DNA of 64,000 nt. Source: an uncultured Thermoproteaceae archaeon. GTDB taxonomy: Archaea > Thermoproteota > Thermoprotei > Thermoproteales > Thermocladiaceae. Made by a program: the position numbers and the translations under genes. Each line of letters opens with the position of its first letter. Positions within the stretch are counted from its first letter, which is position 1. The stretch spans positions 32,001 to 96,000 of the forward strand of contig CAZNTG010000006.1 of the NCBI GenBank assembly GCA_964575955.1. The letters run 5' to 3'. The notes below the pieces were generated by a model that was not told the DNA's origin, made no database searches, and worked only from the letters and a program-made list of their open reading frames with translations. This document shows, in pieces, positions 19,319 through 28,653 of this stretch.

Positions 19319-20593
19319 CTAACAGTTCAAATATTTTTCGAGAATATTCTTAACAAGTTCACATTTAGAGTAGTAATCTATCTTATCAACAATATCTACA
19401 ATCTTCATAATTAAATCTTTACACCTATCAACGTTTAGAGAACCTGAACACTCTATAAAACATAAATCTTCATAATTACACTTCCTCTTTACACATAAAT
19501 CCTTATAGAAACCACATAATGAATATTTCTCAACTATATGAAAAACCTCACTAACCTCAGAAACATCTAACAACTTCACTAATCTCTTCATAATTTTAAA
19601 ATCTTCAAAAATATTACATAAATTATCTACACTTACAAGATCAATATCTACAAATCCATGCCTGTAACACTCATATAATAATCTCAATACTAAATACATA
19701 ATACAAAACTTTGAAATATTTAGAATATAGTACTCTATCTCCGAGAATGTTCTAATAAAGTTCTTCATAATATAACTATAATCTTCTGCATATCTTAAAT
19801 CTACACCTAGACATCTATACATCAATACATCTAACATATTTTTAATATCAACACTCTTAATCTTACTTAATACAAATCTTGTAAGTTCTATTAATCTCCT
19901 ATAACTATCAACTGCCTCAAATACAAATCCCTCATTCAATCTTGAGATTATTTCCTGAATCTTTATTAGAATATTATTTATCCAATGTCTATCTTCTCTA
20001 TCTAAATACTTATTATCCCTTATGAATTTTAGAAGTTCTATAAATGCAAATACCTTATAACTACCTTCAACATCTAACTTTACAATATTTACCTCATCGC
20101 TAGATATGAAATACTTATCATATATCTCTACATTTATATTAAGTATACTCTTAAGCAGTCTGGATGTAATATATGTTGAATACTTAACTATAAAATTCTC
20201 GGTTGTTGTTAAGTCTATAATAATATTACACTTATCTATATTCATTTTCTCTATATATTTCATAACTTCTATAAACATTCTAGTTATTATATCATTTTGA
20301 TCAAGTTTTCCTATATTTATAGAATCTATCCATGATTTATCAAGTATTGTTAATGTGTACTCATCATCTTTAAAGTTTTCTCTTAATATTCTTCTAATAT
20401 CCTTAATATCTTTCACTTTAATATCATCTGTATGTAGTATAAGTATGTTTGACACTTTTTCATATATGAATGGTAGTATTGTTGAAGTTTTTAATATACT
20501 ATCTCTAAATCTTATCTTAAATTTTTTAATAGGGTTTAATATTGTTGATTTATCGATGATTATGCAGTAGATTGTGCTGTTTGACATATACAT
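19319..20593 (-). CDS. Degenerate Csx1-like CARF-domain protein
   Basis: IIIDLTTTENF resembles the Csx1 DLTHGIN motif; N-terminal layout and 424-aa length match Csx1; no HEPN RxxxxH. Confidence 0.55.
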   Translation of the reverse strand: MYMSNSTIYCIIIDKSTILNPIKKFKIRFRDSILKTSTILPFIYEKVSNILILHTDDIKVKDIKDIRRILRENFKDDEYTLTILDKSWIDSINIGKLDQNDIITRMFIEVMKYIEKMNIDKCNIIIDLTTTENFIVKYSTYITSRLLKSILNINVEIYDKYFISSDEVNIVKLDVEGSYKVFAFIELLKFIRDNKYLDREDRHWINNILIKIQEIISRLNEGFVFEAVDSYRRLIELTRFVLSKIKSVDIKNMLDVLMYRCLGVDLRYAEDYSYIMKNFIRTFSEIEYYILNISKFCIMYLVLRLLYECYRHGFVDIDLVSVDNLCNIFEDFKIMKRLVKLLDVSEVSEVFHIVEKYSLCGFYKDLCVKRKCNYEDLCFIECSGSLNVDRCKDLIMKIVDIVDKIDYYSKCELVKNILEKYLNC

Positions 20594-20598
20594 AATAG

Positions 20599-20651
20599 TA
20601 TCAGCGTATCCTTATCTAATCATCTATCATACCCACCGCTAATCATCATTT
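20599..20651 (-). ncRNA. C/D box sRNA
   Basis: Minus strand ATGATGA-TTAGCGGTGGGT-ATGA-TAGATGA-TTAGATAAGGATACG-CTGA; C box overlaps stop codon of upstream methyltransferase. Confidence 0.8.
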
Positions 20652-21632
20652 TCTAACTAGCTTGACTATACTGACCTTATAACCTCCCTGTACTGTATCC
20701 ACTCTATCTACGACTTCTAGATTAAGTTTTTGTAACTCCCTCCCTATATTTTTAAAGATTTTTGAAAATGTTATGAAAACTATACATCCATAATCTACAA
20801 TTTCCCATGAAGCTTTCTGTAAAAATTTCAGATATAGTTCTATACTTGATCTTAATCTTAAACCTCTTGGTGGATCTGTAATTATACACTCAATATCTCT
20901 AAATCTAATTTTAAAATAATCTCCACACAGTATATCTACCTTATCTAATATGTCTAAAACTTTCAAATTCAATATAGACTTCTTAAGAACTTCATATTCA
21001 ATATCTACACATTTAACATGTGTATTTTTCCAAAATCTTACATATTCTATCGGTATCGTTAAACTACCTGCAAATGGATCTAAAACTACATCATACCTTC
21101 CTGCAATTATTGACATTGTAGCTGCAAGTATTGGATTTAGTGATGCTCTAGACTTGTAGACTGTATACCATCTTCTATAGAGTGGTTGTATTGAACCTAT
21201 ATTAATACATATTAAGAATCCTCTATTAAAAAATCTCACATATATTTCATAATCTCCTCTAGATCTTGTTAATCTACATTTAAATACTCTCTCAATTTCT
21301 CTAATAAGTATTTTAAGTATCTTATCTCTAACGTCTCTACTTACAACATTTACAATACTACCATGTTCAAAATAGTCTGAATACTCTCTTAAAGTTTTTC
21401 TAACAACTTTCCTGAACTCTTTAATATCATTCACATATGGTATCCATGTTATACATCTCTCTAATCTCGTTACTGTTTGTAATTTTCTTAACAATTTTAC
21501 ATATTCTTCAGAAACTTCAATAATTAAACTTGTCTGATCACTATACTTAACATTTACAGGTACATTCCTGATAGCTAATTCCTTAAGAACTATCTTATCA
21601 AGATTTGGAAGTGTTTCAAGTATGACTAGCAT
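20646..21632 (-). CDS. THUMP-domain RNA methyltransferase (Trm14/Trm11-like m2G)
   Basis: LYRRWY, ASLNPILAA, LDPFAGSLTIPIE, ITDPPRGLR. Confidence 0.85.
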   Translation of the reverse strand: MLVILETLPNLDKIVLKELAIRNVPVNVKYSDQTSLIIEVSEEYVKLLRKLQTVTRLERCITWIPYVNDIKEFRKVVRKTLREYSDYFEHGSIVNVVSRDVRDKILKILIREIERVFKCRLTRSRGDYEIYVRFFNRGFLICINIGSIQPLYRRWYTVYKSRASLNPILAATMSIIAGRYDVVLDPFAGSLTIPIEYVRFWKNTHVKCVDIEYEVLKKSILNLKVLDILDKVDILCGDYFKIRFRDIECIITDPPRGLRLRSSIELYLKFLQKASWEIVDYGCIVFITFSKIFKNIGRELQKLNLEVVDRVDTVQGGYKVSIVKLVRK

Positions 21633-22596
21633 GAATATACTTATAGTTGGTGATGATCCACATATTTTAACATTAGCTTACTATACATCATTAATAAATC
21701 AGGATATTGACATAACTATAGCATGTACAGACGAGAATAAAAAATTTGTAGATAATGTATTGAATATAAGACCTGTACATAGTGAAAGATATTTACAATC
21801 TCTAGGTTGTGAAATTATAAATATTAGAGATGTGAAAGATTTTGATAAGTATGATATAGTGATAGATTTTATGACATATAATGTAGAATTTAAAGAAGAG
21901 TATGACTATGTTGAAGGTTTTGGATATATTGAACATAAGATATCTAGTAAGTATAGAATACCTATAAAACCTACAGAAGATGATATTGATAGTGATATAA
22001 TAACGTTCTTAGATAGAAGAGGATTGTTAGGTAGTGGTAAGAATAAGATTGTTGTTAAATATGGAATTAAACATATAGATAATGCAGATCTATACATAGG
22101 ATATGGAGCTTTCTCAAAATTTCAAAACTTTAAATCAACATTTAAAGATCCTTTCAATATTTATAGACATGTTATATACATATCTCTAATTTTAGCTTTC
22201 AGGAAAGATCTATCTAATATTGAGATGTTTCCAACATGGTTTCTAGTTCCAATTGATAAGTATCTAGTTTATAGATTTGGTCCTGTTAGCAGTGATATAT
22301 TTAAACTTGGAATTTCTCCGACAAGTATATCTCTAACTATCGATAATGTTTATATGAAAATTTTGACATGTTATGGTAAGTTTCCATTTAGTATTCAATG
22401 TGTGGGATCTTTTGAAGATGTTTCTAGTAAGTTATCACTTGCATATTCTATAGTATCTACATGTATTGAAGATCCTATTATTAAACTACTATCAATACCG
22501 TCAATTCCTGAAAGTGAAAATTTGAGAAGTTGGGTTGATATGTTTATTGAGTGTATTTTGAGAGAGTCTTATTGGATATACTACATTAAGCGTTAG
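21631..22596 (+). CDS. Degenerate CoA-disulfide reductase/NADH oxidase-like protein
   Basis: MNILIVGDD N-terminal strand, LYIGYG and C-terminal dimerisation-like segment; GxGxxG lost. Confidence 0.45.
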   Translation: MNILIVGDDPHILTLAYYTSLINQDIDITIACTDENKKFVDNVLNIRPVHSERYLQSLGCEIINIRDVKDFDKYDIVIDFMTYNVEFKEEYDYVEGFGYIEHKISSKYRIPIKPTEDDIDSDIITFLDRRGLLGSGKNKIVVKYGIKHIDNADLYIGYGAFSKFQNFKSTFKDPFNIYRHVIYISLILAFRKDLSNIEMFPTWFLVPIDKYLVYRFGPVSSDIFKLGISPTSISLTIDNVYMKILTCYGKFPFSIQCVGSFEDVSSKLSLAYSIVSTCIEDPIIKLLSIPSIPESENLRSWVDMFIECILRESYWIYYIKR

Positions 22597-22836
22597 TTAT
22601 CTATTGTGTACATATTTACGTTTTTATCTTGAATGTCTATGTTGTTACATATTTTCAATGTATTAAAGATGTGTACATGCTATGCATTATGTATATATTC
22701 TCTATAGTACGCTTATGATATCTATAGTACTTTGATAGTCTATATAGTTTTTATATAAACATTCAACACTTGTTAAATGTATAATGAATGTCATGTTACT
22801 TAAAGTATATACGTTTCTTAAAAATATAGTATATAG

Positions 22837-24450
22837 TTGAGAATGAAGTCTTACAACTCTAATGGGTATCCTATAGTTATCACGTCTGACAGGGCTACCA
22901 TGACTAACTATAGTAATTTTAATGCACTTGGATTCTTACTATGCTTACCTGAGAGAATATTACCATCGTTTATAGCTAAACATTTTGTCGCACCCAAGAT
23001 GAAAGTTGATAAGTGTGGTAGACCTATACTACTTCCGTATGCATTAAGAAAAATTGAAGCTGCACTATACATGTCAGGTTTTACTGATAGAGATTTCATA
23101 ATAACAGCTCCTGAATTAGTGAGTAAGTTTATTGGACCTAACACTAAGATTGTTGCTATTCATGTACTTGATCCACTTGGACTAGCACCTGTAAGCTATA
23201 CTTTAAAAGCACTGTTTGGTGGTGGACAAACTTGGACTACTAGATTCTTTCTAGAGCTTATAGAGAAGTTGAAAAAGTTGAAAGATATCTATAAGTTTAC
23301 ACTGATAGCTGGTGGTCCTGGAACATGGCAGTTGAGATATCTATATAGAGATTTGGGTATTGACCTTCTAATACATGGTGAAGGTGAGGTCATATTTCCT
23401 GAAGTTTGTAAATCTATACTTAATGGTGAGAAGATTGAAGGTGAGATTGATGGTGGTTCAGTACCATTAGAGCTTATTCCAGCTATTAGAGGTCCCTCTA
23501 GAGGTGGTATGGTTCAGATTACTAGAGGTTGTCCACGTAGATGTAGATTTTGTAATCCAACAATGTTCAATTTTAGATCAATACCACTAGAGGTAATTGG
23601 TAAAGAGGTTGAAATTAATAAGAGAGCAGGCTATCGATTACAGAGTCTAGTTACTGAAGATGGCTTACTATACGGTGCTAAGGGTGTAGTAGTGAATAGA
23701 GATGCACTTAGAAAACTTATGAAGGTATTGAAGGAGAGAGGTGTTAGAGGAGATTTCTGTCATGTATCTATAGCAGCAACAGTACAGGCACCTGACATAG
23801 TTGAAGAGTGGGCTAGAGAAAATGGACATCTTGAAGACTGTGCATTTCCACAGGTAGGTCTTGAAACAGGTAGTCCAAGACTACTCAAGATGTATATGGC
23901 AGGTAAAGCAGCACCATTCAAAGTTGAGGAATGGCCTGAAATAGCTGAAGAAGCTACAGATATAATGAATAAGTGCAAGTGGTATCCGTGCTACACACTA
24001 ATACTAGGACTTCCAGGAGAGACTGAAGATGATGTTAAAGCAACGATAGATCTCATAAAGAGATTGAAAGGTAGGAAATGTTGGATATTTCCACTACTAT
24101 TTGTACCAATGGGTGGTTCAAAGCTTGAAGATAAAGATTTTGCAGATACTGAAATATTGAAGAATGATACATATATAGAAGTTATATATGAAATGTTAGA
24201 TCACAATATACAATACACACTATCAATACTTGACTTATTCGTAAGTAGAATTACCAATAAGATTGCTAGAAATGTAATGAAGAAATTTATTGGAAATAGT
24301 GTAAAGGCATTAGAAGGACTTAAAAATGAAGTTAAGAAAGACTTTCCAAAAATATTAGAAACTGCTAAAAATGTAGACTTTAATAATCCAATATCATTAT
24401 CAAAGCTAGTTATAGGGTGGATATTTAATAAGTTTAGAAGAAGATGTTAA
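22837..24450 (+). CDS. B12-binding-domain radical SAM protein
   Basis: RGCPRRCRFC, AGGPG, GEGE, GLETGS, ILGLPGET. Confidence 0.92.
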   Translation: MRMKSYNSNGYPIVITSDRATMTNYSNFNALGFLLCLPERILPSFIAKHFVAPKMKVDKCGRPILLPYALRKIEAALYMSGFTDRDFIITAPELVSKFIGPNTKIVAIHVLDPLGLAPVSYTLKALFGGGQTWTTRFFLELIEKLKKLKDIYKFTLIAGGPGTWQLRYLYRDLGIDLLIHGEGEVIFPEVCKSILNGEKIEGEIDGGSVPLELIPAIRGPSRGGMVQITRGCPRRCRFCNPTMFNFRSIPLEVIGKEVEINKRAGYRLQSLVTEDGLLYGAKGVVVNRDALRKLMKVLKERGVRGDFCHVSIAATVQAPDIVEEWARENGHLEDCAFPQVGLETGSPRLLKMYMAGKAAPFKVEEWPEIAEEATDIMNKCKWYPCYTLILGLPGETEDDVKATIDLIKRLKGRKCWIFPLLFVPMGGSKLEDKDFADTEILKNDTYIEVIYEMLDHNIQYTLSILDLFVSRITNKIARNVMKKFIGNSVKALEGLKNEVKKDFPKILETAKNVDFNNPISLSKLVIGWIFNKFRRRC

Positions 24451-24456
24451 GAGTAG

Positions 24457-25707
24457 ATGACTAAGATAGACATCAAATTACCAGAAGATGGAGAGTTCAT
24501 CAGGATAGAGCGTGGAGAGTGGAAAGTGCCTAACAAGCCTATAATAGCATACATTGAGGGTGATGGTATTGGTCCTGAAGTTGTAAAACCAACAATAGAG
24601 ATAGTTGATAGAGCAGTAGAATTATGTTATGGATCTTCAAGACAGATAGTATGGTTAAAACTATATGCAGGTGATGAAGCTGAGAAGAAGTATGGTACAA
24701 GATTACCTGAGGAGACAATTAAGGCATTAGAAATTGTTAGAGTATTAATTAAGGGACCTCTATACACACCACCTGGAGGTGGTTGGAGAAGTATTAATGT
24801 ATTTCTTAGACAGAAGTTTGATCTATATGCAAATATAAGACCTGTAAAATACTTCAAAGGACTTCCATCACCATTAAAAGATCCTGAAGGTATAGATTTA
24901 GTAATTTTTAGAGAAAATACAGATGATCTATATGTAGGTATTGAATGGCCTTGGAATAGTGATGAAGCTAGGAAAATTAGAGAATTTCTATTAAAAGAGT
25001 TTGGAATTAAAATATCTGAAGATTCTGGAATTGGTATAAAACCAATGAGTAGGTATAAAACTGTTAGAATTAGTAGACTAGCTATACAGTATGCATTAAA
25101 GACAGGTAGAAAAGTTGTGACAGTTGTACATAAGGGAAATATTATGAAATATACAGAAGGAGCATTTAGAAATTGGTTTTATGAAGTTGCTCTAAATGAA
25201 TTTAGAGATTATGTAGTTACTGAAGATGAGGTTAAGGAGAAATTTAATGGAAAGATACCTGAAGGTAAGATATTGATTAATGATAGAATTATGGATAACA
25301 TGTTACAACAAATTATTCTAAATCCAAAAAACTACAGTGTTATACTATGTCCAAACGTTAATGGTGATTATCTAAGTGATGCAGCAGCTGCACTAGTAGG
25401 TGGTGTTTCCGTAGCTCCAAGTGCAAATATTGGAGATAGTGCAGCATTATTCGAACCTGTGCATGGTACAGCACCTGATATTGCTGGTAGAGGTATTGCA
25501 AATCCAACAGCAATGATATTATCAGCATGTCTAATGCTTGAATATATGGGATGGATTGAAGCAGCAGAACTTATTAGAAAGGCTATTCAGGAGGTTATAG
25601 CTAGTGGTAAGGTAACTCCTGACCTTGCTAAAGGTATGAATGTTAAACCATTAACAACTGAAGAATTTAAGAATGAAATTCTTAAAGTATTAGAAACATT
25701 GAGATAG
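24457..25707 (+). CDS. icd: Isocitrate dehydrogenase (NADP+ type)
   Basis: [46 protein letters not shown]. Confidence 0.96.
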   Translation: MTKIDIKLPEDGEFIRIERGEWKVPNKPIIAYIEGDGIGPEVVKPTIEIVDRAVELCYGSSRQIVWLKLYAGDEAEKKYGTRLPEETIKALEIVRVLIKGPLYTPPGGGWRSINVFLRQKFDLYANIRPVKYFKGLPSPLKDPEGIDLVIFRENTDDLYVGIEWPWNSDEARKIREFLLKEFGIKISEDSGIGIKPMSRYKTVRISRLAIQYALKTGRKVVTVVHKGNIMKYTEGAFRNWFYEVALNEFRDYVVTEDEVKEKFNGKIPEGKILINDRIMDNMLQQIILNPKNYSVILCPNVNGDYLSDAAAALVGGVSVAPSANIGDSAALFEPVHGTAPDIAGRGIANPTAMILSACLMLEYMGWIEAAELIRKAIQEVIASGKVTPDLAKGMNVKPLTTEEFKNEILKVLETLR

Positions 25708-25709
25708 TA

Positions 25710-26294
25710 ATGTTTGAAGAAGCTTTTAAATGCGTTATTAAGTGCGTTATTAAGTCTGAAGATAGATGTTTTAAACTTTCAAGTGGTAAATTAAGTCCAT
25801 ATTATATAGATCTTAGGAGAATACTCTTTGGAGATCCTAAATGTCTAGATATAATATCTCAAGTATTGATAGAGAAGTTTTTAAAATATATTCAATACGA
25901 CTTCATAGCATGTAAAGCTCTTGGAGCAGTTCCATTAGCAGTTTCACTATCTCTAAAAGTTGAAAAGCCTATAATAGTACTTAGAGAGAGGTACAAGGAT
26001 TATGGATTGAAAGGTAGTGTTGTAGGACCTATAGATCAGGTGTATGGTAAATATGTAGTTATTGTTGATGATGTTGCAACAACGGGAAACACCATCCTTG
26101 AAGTCGCTAAAGTAGTTAGAGATAGTGGTGGTATTGTAGATAAGGCAATTGTCATAGTTGACAGAGAGGAAGGTGCTAGAGAATTTTTGAAAAAGCATAA
26201 CATCGAACTACTATCACTATTTAAGAGGAGCGAACTTGGAATATCTGATGAATGGTTAAGAAGTGTTGAGAATATATGTAGAGAAGTTATTTAA
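25710..26294 (+). CDS. pyrE: Orotate phosphoribosyltransferase
   Basis: FKLSSGKLSPYYIDLR, VDDVATTG. Confidence 0.93.
   Translation: MFEEAFKCVIKCVIKSEDRCFKLSSGKLSPYYIDLRRILFGDPKCLDIISQVLIEKFLKYIQYDFIACKALGAVPLAVSLSLKVEKPIIVLRERYKDYGLKGSVVGPIDQVYGKYVVIVDDVATTGNTILEVAKVVRDSGGIVDKAIVIVDREEGAREFLKKHNIELLSLFKRSELGISDEWLRSVENICREVI
25731..25754 (+). repeat. Perfect 12-bp tandem duplication in pyrE 5' end
   Basis: TGCGTTATTAAG x2 (CVIK CVIK). Confidence 0.85.
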
Positions 26295-27243
26295 ATAGTT
26301 CTAGCGTATGTGCAAGTTCTTCACACTTATCCTCATATATTATAAACGTATCTTCAAATTGCGAAACCATACCTTTTCTCTGTTCTACAAGAACAGGATA
26401 TGCATATAGTACATTTTCTTTAACTAGATTTTCAATTATATCATTAATATTTTCATACTTATCTTTCAACCATCTTGGTGTAAATGGTAGATGATCATTA
26501 ATATTTAATATATCGTTTATAATATTACCATACTTTTTCTGAATTTTCTTCAACTGTTTTGCAGTTGTTATTTGTAGTCTAAATATTGTATATATGGGAT
26601 AGTCAATAACACTTCCAGCACCATCAGTTGCAAATGGCTCTATTGCATATATTTCTCCCTGAACTACATGTCTTTCATCACCATTATCTACATTTGGTAT
26701 TGACTTACCTGCATGAAGTTCATACCTTCTTATTAGATGTCCTGTCAAGTTTTCTATTGGTTTAAAGCCAAATGATTTTATAGTCTTTTCAATTACTTGA
26801 CCAATCTTTCTTATTGGTACTCCATGCTTAAGTACTGTTTTAACAGCTTTCAAAGCCTCTATTGAAGCTTCTAGAAGTTTATCATATATTGGGTTGAATG
26901 ATACTGTTATTGCTGCATCAACAATAAGACCATCAATATGTGCACCAACATCTATCTTAACTATAGATTTCTCAGGTATTGTATATTCATCATCTATCTT
27001 AGCTGTGTAGTGTGCTGCAACTTCATTAATGCTGACATTTACAGGAAATGCAGGTTTTGCACCTTGAGATCTTATGTAATTTTCAAGATCTTCACAGAGA
27101 TCTAAAACTTTCATACCTGGTTTAACAATATTGAGAGCTCTATTCAAAGTCTTATGAACTATCTCTCCAGTTTTTCTCAAGATCTCAACTTCTTCACTAC
27201 TTAGAGACTTGGACACCAGATTCTCTACATAGAGAGCAGTCAT
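26287..27243 (-). CDS. map: Type II methionine aminopeptidase
   Basis: AFPVNVS, AAHYT, KIDVGAHIDG, NLTGH, AIEPFAT, QFEDT; start moved to ATG 27243. Confidence 0.95.
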   Translation of the reverse strand: MTALYVENLVSKSLSSEEVEILRKTGEIVHKTLNRALNIVKPGMKVLDLCEDLENYIRSQGAKPAFPVNVSINEVAAHYTAKIDDEYTIPEKSIVKIDVGAHIDGLIVDAAITVSFNPIYDKLLEASIEALKAVKTVLKHGVPIRKIGQVIEKTIKSFGFKPIENLTGHLIRRYELHAGKSIPNVDNGDERHVVQGEIYAIEPFATDGAGSVIDYPIYTIFRLQITTAKQLKKIQKKYGNIINDILNINDHLPFTPRWLKDKYENINDIIENLVKENVLYAYPVLVEQRKGMVSQFEDTFIIYEDKCEELAHTLELFK

Positions 27244-27325
27244 ATTAACAATTCTCTTCTCGTCATGGAGTAATGTAAAGAAACATTTAAGACTTAGTAA
27301 AGAGCGTTTAGCGTGCAGAGATCTC

Positions 27326-28651
27326 ATGGGTGCGTTAACGATAGCTGCTAAATACCTGATTATAGCATCATTTGAAGTTCAGGGATCTGTAGATAAGCCA
27401 GACATCATTGGAGCGGTATTTAGTCAAACAGAAGGTCTACTAGGCTCAGATTTAGATCTTAGAGAACTACAAATGATGGGTAGAGTTGGTAGGATAGAGG
27501 TTGAAATAGAGAAGAGAGGTGATAAAACGATCGGTAAGATATATGTTCCATCAAACTTAAACAGATTTGAAACTGCGCTGATAGCAGCAGCATTAGAGAC
27601 AGTTGATAGAGTTGGCCCATATGCTGCCAAGGTTAAGATTGTTGAAATTAAAGATTTGAGAGAGGAGAAGAGGAAGAGAATTCTTGAAAGAGCTAAAGAA
27701 CTTGCAATGAAGATACAACATGAAGTACTACCTGACAGTAAAGAGCTTATTAGTAAGTTAGTAGAAGCTGTAAGCGAGGCAGAACTAGTTAAATACGGTC
27801 CCGAAGGTCTACCAGCAGGTCCTGATGTGGATAGGTCAGATACGATAATAATTGTTGAAGGTAGAGCAGATGTGTTAAACTTACTTAGACATGGTTATAG
27901 AAATGTGATTGCTGTTGAAGGTGCTAGTGGTGGTATACCAAAAACAATAATTGAACTATCTAGAAAGAAGACAACAATAGCATTTGTAGATGGTGATAGA
28001 GGTGGAGAGATGCTTCTAAGAGAGTTGATAAAGGTTGCAGATATAGACTATATTGCACGTGCACCACCAGGTAAAGAAGTTGAAGAGTTGACAGCTAAGG
28101 AGATAGCAAAATGTTTGAGAAATAAGATACCTGTTGAAGAGTACCTTGCACAGATCAGAGAAGAGAGATTGAGAGTTGAGAAACCACAGTCACAGGAAGT
28201 AACTGTTGAAAAAACTATAGAGACAAAGCCAGTATCAGTAAGTGTAGAATTTCAGAAACCAGCTGAAGAACAATTAGCACAACCTGTAAAAGTTGAGAAA
28301 GAGGTTGTTCAAGAGGTTAAAGCACCAACAGTAGAGTTAGAGATACCGTCAAATGTTATTGAGGAGGTTAAGAAACTTACAGGTACTCTAGAAGCAGTAC
28401 TTTATGACAATTCTTGGAATGAGATTAAGAGAGTTCCTGTAAAAGATCTAATAGATACATTACAACAGTTAGATAGTGTAAATGCGATAATAATGGATGG
28501 TGTATGTACACAAAGACTTGTAGATACAGCAGCAGGTAAAGGTGTTAAGATTATTGTTGCATCAAGAATTGGAGGTATAGCTAAGATGCCTGAAAATATG
28601 AAGATATTGACAATAGAAGACCTATCAAAACAGGGACAGCAAACTACTTAA
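27326..28651 (+). CDS. dnaG: Archaeal DnaG (exosome-associated TOPRIM protein)
   Basis: DIIGAVFSQTEGLLG, VEGRADV, DGDRGG. Confidence 0.96.
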   Translation: MGALTIAAKYLIIASFEVQGSVDKPDIIGAVFSQTEGLLGSDLDLRELQMMGRVGRIEVEIEKRGDKTIGKIYVPSNLNRFETALIAAALETVDRVGPYAAKVKIVEIKDLREEKRKRILERAKELAMKIQHEVLPDSKELISKLVEAVSEAELVKYGPEGLPAGPDVDRSDTIIIVEGRADVLNLLRHGYRNVIAVEGASGGIPKTIIELSRKKTTIAFVDGDRGGEMLLRELIKVADIDYIARAPPGKEVEELTAKEIAKCLRNKIPVEEYLAQIREERLRVEKPQSQEVTVEKTIETKPVSVSVEFQKPAEEQLAQPVKVEKEVVQEVKAPTVELEIPSNVIEEVKKLTGTLEAVLYDNSWNEIKRVPVKDLIDTLQQLDSVNAIIMDGVCTQRLVDTAAGKGVKIIVASRIGGIAKMPENMKILTIEDLSKQGQQTT

Positions 28652-28653
28652 AA

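Noticed and set aside
22597-22836. Replication origin
   Set aside because: No ORB-like G-string repeats and no adjacent cdc6/whiP gene
27244-27327. Apparent head-to-head overlap of map and dnaG starts
   Set aside because: The map N-terminal extension is not family-like; ATG 27243 leaves a normal divergent promoter gap
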